Part shown: piece by piece, positions 36,550 through 44,713 of the stretch
Layout of the letters: every line of letters starts with the position of its first letter
Numbering within the stretch: position 1 is the stretch's first letter
Assembly: GCA_041547565.1 (NCBI GenBank)
Contig: JBFEUI010000001.1
Coordinates: forward strand, 38-64,037
Reading direction: 5' to 3'
Source: Thiohalomonadaceae bacterium
GTDB lineage: Bacteria; Pseudomonadota; Gammaproteobacteria; Thiohalomonadales; Thiohalomonadaceae
DNA: 64,000 nt
Notes under the pieces: generated by a model
Database searches by the model: none
The model's input: the letters and a program-made list of their open reading frames with translations, nothing else
Told to the model about the DNA's origin: nothing
Position numbers and translations under genes: made by a program

Positions 36550-36715
36550 GTGCCGGTGCATGTGTGATTTAGGGCCAAAATAGCCCGCTTTTGATATTGC
36601 CTATCAAAGCCGCCCTTTATACCATATCCATATCTGTTCAACAATCTTGGAATAGCCTTAATCCACCATCCGCCCTGGCGGCCCGTCGCGAGAATATCAC
36701 TTAAAAGTCAACAAC

Positions 36716-37483
36716 ATGAGCGTCAATATAAAAATCACTGAAGAAATCGAGAAAATGCGCATCGCGGGTCGGTTGGCTGCTGAGGTGCTGGAGATGATCG
36801 CTCCCCATGTGCAGCCGGGCATCACCACCGAGGAACTGGACCGCCTGTGCCATGACCATATCGTCGAGCAGCAGGGGGCCATCCCGGCGCCACTCAACTA
36901 CCACGGCTTTCCCAAATCGATCTGCACCTCGGTCAACCATCAGGTCTGCCACGGTATTCCCGGGGAGAAGCAACTGAAAAAGGGTGACATCGTCAATATC
37001 GATATCACCGTCATCAAGGACGGCTATCATGGCGACACCAGCATGATGTTCTGTGTCGGCGAGCCCTCGGTGATGGCCCGGCGTCTGGTGCAGACCGCCT
37101 ATGACTGCCTGCTCACCGGGATCAGGATGGTACGTCCGGGCATCCGCCTTGGCGATATAGGCCATGCCATTCAGAAATATGCCGAATCGAACAACTACTC
37201 CGTGGTGCGCGAGTACTGCGGCCACGGCATCGGCAGAGAATTCCATGAAGAGCCCCAGGTGCTCCACTACGGCACACCCGGCACCGGACTAGAACTCAAA
37301 GCCGGCATGACCTTCACCATCGAACCGATGATCAACGCCGGCAAGCGCCAGGTCAAACTGCTCAAGGACGGCTGGACGGTGGTAACCAAGGACCGCAGCC
37401 TGTCGGCCCAGTGGGAACACACCATACTGGTCACGCAAAACGGCTACGAGGTGCTGACCCTGCGTCCCGGCGAAGATATCTAG
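36716..37483 (+). CDS. map: Type I methionine aminopeptidase
   Basis: 255 aa. Typical MetAP metal-ligand context (DIVNIDITV, HGIG, EPM). Confidence 0.96.
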   Translation: MSVNIKITEEIEKMRIAGRLAAEVLEMIAPHVQPGITTEELDRLCHDHIVEQQGAIPAPLNYHGFPKSICTSVNHQVCHGIPGEKQLKKGDIVNIDITVIKDGYHGDTSMMFCVGEPSVMARRLVQTAYDCLLTGIRMVRPGIRLGDIGHAIQKYAESNNYSVVREYCGHGIGREFHEEPQVLHYGTPGTGLELKAGMTFTIEPMINAGKRQVKLLKDGWTVVTKDRSLSAQWEHTILVTQNGYEVLTLRPGEDI

Positions 37484-37485
37484 GT

Positions 37486-40131
37486 ATGCCCGCACTCGAT
37501 CTGTTCGATGCCAGTGGTTTTGACGCCTCACTTGCCGCCACAGGCAATCCGACAACCCTGTTCAGAGATGTCATCAAGCACGCCAACACGGTCCTGACGC
37601 AGCAGTTCAATCAGGGTACTCCGGTGGCCTCACTGGTGACCCACCGCGCCCAGTTCATCGACCAGATCCTGCTCAGGGCGTGGCAGCGGAACATGGGGCA
37701 GGCGCCCAACGGTCTCGCGCTCGTGGCCGTGGGCGGCTATGGCCGGGGCGAACTGCATCCCAGCTCGGATATCGACCTGATGGTACTGAGTGAAACCGGC
37801 GTGGCCGATGAGGCGAAAGCGTCCATCGAACGCTTTTTGCTGTTTCTCTGGGATATCGGCCTGGAGGTCGGCCACAGCGTGCGCGACCTGAATGACTGCG
37901 TGGAGCAGGCCAATGCGGACATCACGGTCGCCACCAATCTGATGGAATCGCGGCTGCTCACCGGTCCCACACGCCTCTATCGCATCATGCGCGAGCTGAC
38001 CGACCAGCGGCATATCTGGCCCGGGCGCAAATTCTTCGAGGCGAAGTGGCAGGAGCAGAAGAACCGCCACCACAAATTCAACGATACCGCCTACAACCTT
38101 GAACCGAACATCAAGGAGGGCCCCGGAGGCCTGCGCGACATACAGATGATCGGCTGGGTCGCCAAGCGCCACTTTGACGTGGATACGCTGCAGGACCTGG
38201 TCGGCCACGGCTTCCTCAGCCCCGATGAGTACGAGGAGCTCGACCGCGGCCAGAATTTTCTGTGGAAGATCCGCTACGGCCTGCATACCCTGACCGGCCG
38301 GCGCGAAGACCGGCTGCTGTTCGATCACCAGCGTACCCTGGCCGAGCAGTTCGGCTACCGAAGCGACGGCACCCGCCTGGCGGTGGAATACTTCATGAAG
38401 GATTACTACCGCACGGTGATGGAGCTGGAACGGCTCAACGAGATGCTGCTGCAGCTGTTCCAGGAGGAGATCCTCTACGCCGACGACCCCGGTGAGCCGC
38501 AACCGCTCAACAGCCGTTTCCAGTTACGCAAGGGGTTTATCGAGATCATCAATCCGGGCATATTCCAGCGCTACCCCTTTGCCCTGCTGGAGCTGTTTCT
38601 GGTGATGGCGCAGAACCCCCGAATCAAGGGTGTCAGGGCCGAGACCATCCGCCACATACGCAAGCAGCGCTACCTGATTAACGACGAATTCCGTGCCGAT
38701 TTGCGTAACCGCTCGCTGTTCATGGAGCTGCTGCGCCAACCGCAGGGGGTGACCCACCAACTGCGCCGCATGAACCGCTACGGCATTCTCGCCGCCTACC
38801 TGCCACCCTTCGGCAATGCCGTCGGCCAGATGCAGCACGACCTGTTTCACGTCTACACCGTGGATGAACACACGTTACGGGTAGTGCGCAACCTGCGCCG
38901 CTTCATGGTCGCAGAGCACTACGACGAATTTCCACTCTGCAGCAAGCTCATAAGCACCCTGCCCAAGCCCGAACTGCTCTATATTGCCGGTCTCTACCAC
39001 GACATTGCCAAGGGACGCGGCGGCGACCACTCGCTGCTGGGTGCGGAGGAGGTGGAACGGTTCTGCAAGCTCCACCAACTGAGTGACTACGATACGGCAC
39101 TGGTCACGTGGCTTATCAGGTACCACCTGATAATGTCCGTGACGGCACAGCGCAAGGATATCTCCGACCCCGAGGTGATCAACAAATTTGCCGCCCAGGT
39201 CGGTGATGCCATGCACCTCGACTACCTCTACCTGCTCACCGTGGCGGATATCCGTGCCACCAGCCCGTCGGTGTGGAACTCGTGGAAAGATGCCCTGCTG
39301 GCAGAGCTCTACCACGCCACCCGCTACGCGCTGCGGCGCGGACTGACCAATCCGATCGGCCAGGATGAAATCATCCGCGACACCCGCGAGGCGGCACGCG
39401 AGCTGCTGCTAGCGCGAAATATCGACATGGCCGCGGTCGAGGCCTACTGGCGGCGCGTCAGCGACGACTATTTTCTGCGCTATTCGGCCGATGAAATTGC
39501 CTGGCACAGCCGTGAGGTCACCGAGCACGGTACCAGCGCAAAACCACTGGTGGCGATCCGCAGGGAAGGCGAACGCGGCGGCACGGAGATATTCATCTAC
39601 ACACCGATACGGGGCTTTCAGTTCACCACCACGACCCATGCACTCGACCAACTGGGGCTGAACGTGGTCGAGGCACGCATCATCCCCTCCTGCGACAACT
39701 ACACCCTGGACACCTATATCGTGCTGGAGGAGGACGGCGAACCTATCGCCAGTGAATTTCGCATCAACGAAATCAGGGAAAGGCTCTGCGAACGTCTGCT
39801 CAACCCCGCCGCCGAATCGCCGCAAATCCGCCGGCACATCGCCCGGCAACTCAAGCACTTCACCATCCAGACCGAGATCGCCTTTGAGCAGGATGCGAAA
39901 AACGACCGTACCATCATCGAGGTCATTACCGGGGATCGACCCGGCGTTCTCTCCTCCATCGCCCATGCACTGGGACAGTGCGGCATCCGTCTGCATAACG
40001 CGAAGATAGCCACGCTGGGTGAGCGCGTGGAGGATATATTCTATGTCACCGACCAGATGAATCACGCCATCAGCGACGAAGAGGAGATGGACTGTCTCAG
40101 CAGGACGCTGTCAAAAAGCCTCTCCGAATAG
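37486..40131 (+). CDS. glnD: [Protein-PII] uridylyltransferase/uridylyl-removing enzyme
   Basis: NTase motif GGYGRGELHPSSDIDL, HD domain LYHDIAKGRGGDHS and two C-terminal ACT-like regions. Start taken at ATG 37486, 2 nt after the map stop. Confidence 0.94.
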   Translation: MPALDLFDASGFDASLAATGNPTTLFRDVIKHANTVLTQQFNQGTPVASLVTHRAQFIDQILLRAWQRNMGQAPNGLALVAVGGYGRGELHPSSDIDLMVLSETGVADEAKASIERFLLFLWDIGLEVGHSVRDLNDCVEQANADITVATNLMESRLLTGPTRLYRIMRELTDQRHIWPGRKFFEAKWQEQKNRHHKFNDTAYNLEPNIKEGPGGLRDIQMIGWVAKRHFDVDTLQDLVGHGFLSPDEYEELDRGQNFLWKIRYGLHTLTGRREDRLLFDHQRTLAEQFGYRSDGTRLAVEYFMKDYYRTVMELERLNEMLLQLFQEEILYADDPGEPQPLNSRFQLRKGFIEIINPGIFQRYPFALLELFLVMAQNPRIKGVRAETIRHIRKQRYLINDEFRADLRNRSLFMELLRQPQGVTHQLRRMNRYGILAAYLPPFGNAVGQMQHDLFHVYTVDEHTLRVVRNLRRFMVAEHYDEFPLCSKLISTLPKPELLYIAGLYHDIAKGRGGDHSLLGAEEVERFCKLHQLSDYDTALVTWLIRYHLIMSVTAQRKDISDPEVINKFAAQVGDAMHLDYLYLLTVADIRATSPSVWNSWKDALLAELYHATRYALRRGLTNPIGQDEIIRDTREAARELLLARNIDMAAVEAYWRRVSDDYFLRYSADEIAWHSREVTEHGTSAKPLVAIRREGERGGTEIFIYTPIRGFQFTTTTHALDQLGLNVVEARIIPSCDNYTLDTYIVLEEDGEPIASEFRINEIRERLCERLLNPAAESPQIRRHIARQLKHFTIQTEIAFEQDAKNDRTIIEVITGDRPGVLSSIAHALGQCGIRLHNAKIATLGERVEDIFYVTDQMNHAISDEEEMDCLSRTLSKSLSE

Positions 40132-40139
40132 ATTATTCA

Positions 40140-40214
40140 GTCACGAGCGGTGAGCAACGAGGAGTCAGGAAAAGATTTTTTCCATCCAATTCCTGGTCCA
40201 CTTACCACTCGTTA
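40140..40214. repeat. Degenerate member of the heptamer-periodic hairpin family
   Basis: The left arm reads GTCACGA GCGGTGA GCAACGA GGAGTCA GGAAAAG. The tip is GGAAAA-ga-TTTTCC. The right arm (40176-40214) is an imperfect complement and overlaps the thioesterase stop codon. Confidence 0.45.
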
Positions 40215-40586
40215 CACACTACCGCTCTTTGGCGGCGGAAGTGCTTGCTTGTTGCCCTCACCATCAACCCGCACGAAAGTGACGTGGGTGGAGAAGACGG
40301 TACTGCTCCCCCCCTGCTCCACGTTCACCGCATGCACCTCGACCTGGTACTGCACCGAGCTATTGCCGACACGGCAACGCTCTACATCAAAGCGTATGAT
40401 CGCCCCCTCCTTGACGCCCTGGTGAAACTCGACCCGATCCATCGCCACCGTCACCAGGTCGCAACCGGGGTAATCCATCGACGCGGCCATCCATGCCGCC
40501 TCATCGACCCACTGCAGCATATAGCCGCCGAACAGCGAGCCATAGTGGTTCAGGTGCTCGGGCAGGATCAATTTGTAGGTTTGCAT
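40212..40586 (-). CDS. Hotdog-fold acyl-CoA thioesterase
   Basis: 124 aa. N-terminal pattern LNHYGSLFGGYMLQWVDEAA, typical of the YciA/BFIT-type thioesterase family. Confidence 0.8.
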   Translation of the reverse strand: MQTYKLILPEHLNHYGSLFGGYMLQWVDEAAWMAASMDYPGCDLVTVAMDRVEFHQGVKEGAIIRFDVERCRVGNSSVQYQVEVHAVNVEQGGSSTVFSTHVTFVRVDGEGNKQALPPPKSGSV

Positions 40587-40990
40587 GACGACTCCTGTTG
40601 CACGCCATTGCCGCCTCTGTCGACGGTGACGTCAATCAACTCGACGCCGTTGCCGTCCGGATCGCGGCAGAACACGGCACTGCGGCCGGAACGGCTCGGC
40701 CTGTAGTCGATACCATGGGCTTCCAGCCGCTGCTTGATCCCGGCCAGCCCCTCCACGCCAAAGGCCACATGGCGGTCACGCCCCACATGCCCGGGTAATC
40801 CCTGTTGTGCCCCGTCGCTCAGCTCCAACAGGTGTATCTGCTGCCCGCCGACATCCAGCCAGGCCCCGGGGAATCCAAGCTCAGGGCGTTGCTCCGAAAC
40901 GCTCAGGCCGAGGACATCACGGTAAAAGCCGAGCGCCCGCCCGGTATCGGCCACCAGCAGGCTGACATGGTGGATAAAGCTAACCTTCAT
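40568..40990 (-). CDS. VOC (glyoxalase/bleomycin resistance/dioxygenase) family protein
   Basis: MKVSFIHHVSLLVADTGRALGFYRDVLGL and HVAF ... FCRDPDGNGVEL motifs. Start at ATG 40990. 19-nt overlap with the thioesterase. Confidence 0.82.
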   Translation of the reverse strand: MKVSFIHHVSLLVADTGRALGFYRDVLGLSVSEQRPELGFPGAWLDVGGQQIHLLELSDGAQQGLPGHVGRDRHVAFGVEGLAGIKQRLEAHGIDYRPSRSGRSAVFCRDPDGNGVELIDVTVDRGGNGVQQESSCKPTN

Positions 40991-41173
40991 AAGCGAACCA
41001 TCTCCCGGCAAACAGGTGTGAAGCATAGCCGATAGCCGCGTGCGGCACTATCGCGCCGACACAGAGAAATGCCATGCCAGGCAAATTCACCGCGATCCGT
41101 ACGGGATAGGCCGCCACGGTTTATAGCACCGGATGAATCGCATATAATCCGCTGCTTTTGCAGGCCCGATGCG

Positions 41174-42367
41174 ATGAATCCCGAGCTCGACACGCTACAG
41201 CCCTACCCGTTTGAGAAACTCAACCGCCTCAAGGCGGGAATCACGCCTGTCGCCAAGGAGCACATTGCGCTGTCTATCGGCGAGCCCAAGCACAAGCCGC
41301 CCGGTTTTGTGGCCGAGGAGCTGATCACCCACCTGCACGGGCTGGCCAACTACCCGCTGACCAAGGGGCGTAGCGAGTTGAGGGAGGCCATCACCGGCTG
41401 GCTGTCCAGGCGCTTCAATCTGCCCGCAGGCAGTCTGGATCCGGCGCAACAGGTGTTGCCGGTCAACGGTACGCGGGAGGCGCTGTTCGCCTTCGCCCAG
41501 GCCGTTGTCGACCGTACCAGGGCGCCGCTGGTGCTGCTGCCCAATCCGTTCTACCAGATCTACGAGGGGGCGGCCCTGCTGGCCGGGGCCGAACCCTGGT
41601 TCATGAATACCACCGAGCAGAGCGGCTTCCTCCCCGATCTGGATGCGGTACCGGAGGAGATCTGGCAGCGCTGCCAGCTGTTCTACCTGTGCAGCCCCGG
41701 CAATCCGACCGGTGCGGTGGCACCGCCGGCGTTGCTCAAGCGGCTCATCGCACTGGCCGACAAACACGATTTCATCATCGCCTCGGACGAGTGCTACTCG
41801 GAACTCTACTTCGATGAAGACCAGCCGCCACCCGGGCTGCTGCAAGCGGCTGCCGAGATGGGGCGCGACGACTACCGCCGCTGTGTCGTCTTCCACAGCT
41901 TGTCCAAGCGTTCCAACCTGCCGGGGCTGCGCTCGGGATTTGTTGCAGGCGATGCCGAGGTGATACAACGTTTTCTGCTCTATCGCACCTACCACGGCTG
42001 CGCCATGCCGCCGGCCACCCAGGCGGCCAGCATTGCGGCCTGGAACGATGAGCAGCATGTCACCCAGAACCGCGCCATCTACCGGCAGAAGTTCGAGGCG
42101 GTAGTGGATATCCTGCAACCGGTGCTTCCGGTCGAACGACCCGAGGCAGGCTTCTACCTGTGGCCGAAGACACCGATCAGCGACACCGAGTTTGCCCGCG
42201 ATCTGTTTGCCCGGCAGCACGTCACGGTACTGCCCGGCAGCTACCTTTCGCGCGAGGCCCACGGTGCCAATCCCGGGGCGAACCGCATACGCCTGGCGCT
42301 GGTCGCCGAACTGGACGAATGCATCGACGCGGCACAGCGAATCAGAACATTTATCAATAACTTGTAA
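41174..42367 (+). CDS. dapC: Succinyldiaminopimelate transaminase (class I aminotransferase)
   Basis: N-terminus MNPELDTLQPYPFEKLNRL and an SLSKRSN PLP-lysine motif. glnD-dapC-dapD context. Confidence 0.85.
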   Translation: MNPELDTLQPYPFEKLNRLKAGITPVAKEHIALSIGEPKHKPPGFVAEELITHLHGLANYPLTKGRSELREAITGWLSRRFNLPAGSLDPAQQVLPVNGTREALFAFAQAVVDRTRAPLVLLPNPFYQIYEGAALLAGAEPWFMNTTEQSGFLPDLDAVPEEIWQRCQLFYLCSPGNPTGAVAPPALLKRLIALADKHDFIIASDECYSELYFDEDQPPPGLLQAAAEMGRDDYRRCVVFHSLSKRSNLPGLRSGFVAGDAEVIQRFLLYRTYHGCAMPPATQAASIAAWNDEQHVTQNRAIYRQKFEAVVDILQPVLPVERPEAGFYLWPKTPISDTEFARDLFARQHVTVLPGSYLSREAHGANPGANRIRLALVAELDECIDAAQRIRTFINNL

Positions 42368-42446
42368 TGACGAGCCCAGCATAACCTGCGACAATACCCA
42401 GCGTTTTTGTCAGCCATGCTGAAACGTTCACAACGGAGAGAGACTC

Positions 42447-43271
42447 ATGAGCGACATCCAGAATATCATCGAACAGGCCTTTGAGAACCGCGCCGAGATC
42501 ACACCGCGCAGTGTCGATACCCATGTGAAAGAGGCTGTTGAAGAGGCCATTCACATGCTCGATAGCGGTGAGGCACGCGTTGCCGAGCAGAAAGGCGTGG
42601 GCGACTGGGTGGTCAACGAGTGGCTGAAAAAGGCGGTACTGCTCTCCTTCCGCATCAACGACAACGAGTTTATGAAGGGCGGCTTTACCAACTACTACGA
42701 CAAGGTCCCCTCCAAGTACGCCGACATGAACTCACGCGACTTTCGTGAAGGCGGCGTACGCGTGGTGCCGCCCGCCACGGCGCGCCGCGGTTCCTACGTC
42801 GCGCCCGGTACAGTATTGATGCCCTCCTACGTCAACATCGGCGCCTACGTCGACAGCGGCACCATGGTCGACACCTGGGCCACCGTCGGCTCCTGTGCCC
42901 AAATCGGCAAGAACGTGCACCTGTCCGGCGGCGTCGGTATCGGCGGCGTGCTCGAACCGCTGCAGGCCGCACCGACCATCATCGAGGACAACTGTTTTAT
43001 CGGCGCCCGTTCCGAGGTGGTCGAGGGCGTGATCGTCGAAGAGGGCTCGGTGATCTCCATGGGCGTCTACATCGGCCAGAGCACCAAGATCTACAACCGG
43101 GAAACCGGCGAGGTACTCTACGGCCGCGTGCCTGCCGGCTCGGTGGTGGTCTCGGGCAACCTGCCCTCCAAGGACGGCAGCTACAGCCTCTACTGTGCCG
43201 TGATCGTCAAGCAGGTCGACGAGAAGACCCGCGGCAAGGTCGGTATCAACGAGCTGCTGCGCGACATCTAA
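42447..43271 (+). CDS. dapD: 2,3,4,5-tetrahydropyridine-2,6-dicarboxylate N-succinyltransferase
   Basis: 274 aa with a hexapeptide-repeat C-terminal half and a typical DapD N-terminal domain. Confidence 0.94.
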   Translation: MSDIQNIIEQAFENRAEITPRSVDTHVKEAVEEAIHMLDSGEARVAEQKGVGDWVVNEWLKKAVLLSFRINDNEFMKGGFTNYYDKVPSKYADMNSRDFREGGVRVVPPATARRGSYVAPGTVLMPSYVNIGAYVDSGTMVDTWATVGSCAQIGKNVHLSGGVGIGGVLEPLQAAPTIIEDNCFIGARSEVVEGVIVEEGSVISMGVYIGQSTKIYNRETGEVLYGRVPAGSVVVSGNLPSKDGSYSLYCAVIVKQVDEKTRGKVGINELLRDI

Positions 43272-43351
43272 CATGAAGTGAAGGGTAAGGTGTGAAGTGT
43301 TAAGCGTAGTAGTGGTGTCTTTTTTCACGCCTTCCCCCTTGCGCCTCATAG
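43272..43351. repeat. Heptamer-periodic imperfect hairpin (GTGAAGG/GTAAGGT units)
   Basis: The left arm 43272-43306 is CATGAAGTGAAGGGTAAGGTGTGAAGTGTTAAGCG. The right arm 43319-43351 is an imperfect complement with bulges. Starts at the base after the dapD stop. Confidence 0.6.
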
Positions 43352-43361
43352 ATTAAGAACA

Positions 43362-43709
43362 ATGACGACGCTGTACGGCATAAAAAACTGCGATACGGTG
43401 AAAAAGGCGCGCCAGTGGCTCGATAACCACGACGTGACCTATACTTTTGTCGATATCAGGGGCGATGGTTTCGACCCGGCTCTGATCAGGCGATGGGTCG
43501 AGGCTGTCGGCTGGGAAACCCTGCTCAACCGCAGGAGTCTTAGCTGGAAGCAGCTTTCCGCAAACGAACGGGACGGAATCGACAAGACCAGGGCGATCGC
43601 ACTCATGGAGGCGAATCCGACCCTGGTAAAACGTCCCGTGCTCGATCACAAAAATGTGATCCACGTGGGTTTTAAAGCGCCCGACTTTGAGGCATTGTTC
43701 GTTAATTAA
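43362..43709 (+). CDS. yffB: ArsC/Spx-family reductase-like protein YffB
   Basis: LYGIKNCDTVKKARQWL with a single Cys, and VKRPVL near the C-terminus. Confidence 0.88.
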   Translation: MTTLYGIKNCDTVKKARQWLDNHDVTYTFVDIRGDGFDPALIRRWVEAVGWETLLNRRSLSWKQLSANERDGIDKTRAIALMEANPTLVKRPVLDHKNVIHVGFKAPDFEALFVN

Positions 43710-43739
43710 CCTTGCGATCTGGGAAAAAGGATACTCAGT

Positions 43740-44375
43740 ATGTCTGTCGACCTCACTAAACTCTCCTCACAAGAGTTGTTTGAGCTGGCCAAGCGCAAAG
43801 AGCAGGAAGAACATGAGGAAGCTCGCCGTGCCGCCCTGCGTGACAAGTTCGAGAAGCTTGAGAAGAAGCGCACCCAGCTGGGCGATGACCACAAAAAGGC
43901 CCTGCTTATCATCGACAACCAGATTGAAGACTTGAAAAAGCGTCGCACCAATATCGTCATCGAATACGAGAAGGGTATCGCCGCGATTGATGCGGAATTA
44001 AGAGAACTACAGAGTCTACCCGAGCCGGCCGCGGAGAAAGCGGCTGAGACACCTGCCCGGAAGGACGAGGCCAAGCCGGCAACTGCAGCGGTGAAACAAC
44101 CAGAACCACAGCCTGAGCCTGAACCCGCGCCGCCAGAAGCGGCCCCCTCAAGCGAGGCGAAGAAAAAGAAGAAAACAGACCATAGTGACGATGAGATCGT
44201 TGAAAAAGTCCTTGAGATAATGAAAACCCGGGTAATGATCAGTACCCCGATGCTCAAGGAGCGTCTCAGGGCGGACGGTTTCAGTACCTCCAACCTCAAC
44301 AAGCTACTCGATAACCTGGAGCGCAAGAAGATCATCTCCCGCCGGGGCGGGGGCAACTACTCCCTGGCAAAATAA
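43740..44375 (+). CDS. Hypothetical protein: N-terminal coiled coil, Pro/Glu/Ala-rich linker, C-terminal winged-helix-like module
   Basis: 211 aa. Charged heptad-like N-terminus, QPEPQPEPEPAPPEAAPS linker, a KKKKK tract, then a roughly 60-aa C-terminal module ending KKIISRRGGGNYSLAK. Shine-Dalgarno AAGGA. Confidence 0.7.
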   Translation: MSVDLTKLSSQELFELAKRKEQEEHEEARRAALRDKFEKLEKKRTQLGDDHKKALLIIDNQIEDLKKRRTNIVIEYEKGIAAIDAELRELQSLPEPAAEKAAETPARKDEAKPATAAVKQPEPQPEPEPAPPEAAPSSEAKKKKKTDHSDDEIVEKVLEIMKTRVMISTPMLKERLRADGFSTSNLNKLLDNLERKKIISRRGGGNYSLAK

Positions 44376-44713
44376 CCCTTGGCGACACCCGCTCGCGCTC
44401 AGCACGCGTATGCATCCCCACAACACATCAGCAAATCAGTATATGCTGTCTTGCAACTGCTTCTTGACTGCAACGGTCAGGTTCATATCATGGACAGCAC
44501 AATAAGTTGTGCCCACACAACATAGAGCAATAAGAAACAGGGCAGAGTCCGCATTATTTTCAGCGAACACATAATACCAGCGTTTCGCCAACGGCAACTG
44601 TTGCCATCTGCCTGCACCAAACCACTGCATTAATGGAATAACGCACAACCTGCCTCGAGTGACGGCAAAGGGGATGTCACGGGAAGCGCTCGGGGATAAA
44701 GGTAAGCTGGCGT

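Noticed and set aside
37411-37485. Upstream extension of glnD from the ORF-track start at 37411
   Set aside because: It would overlap the last 73 nt of map. ATG 37486 lies 2 nt after the map stop and gives the typical GlnD N-terminus.
41195-42394. 399-aa minus-strand ORF
   Set aside because: Antisense to dapC. Arg/Gly/Leu-rich with no recognisable domain.
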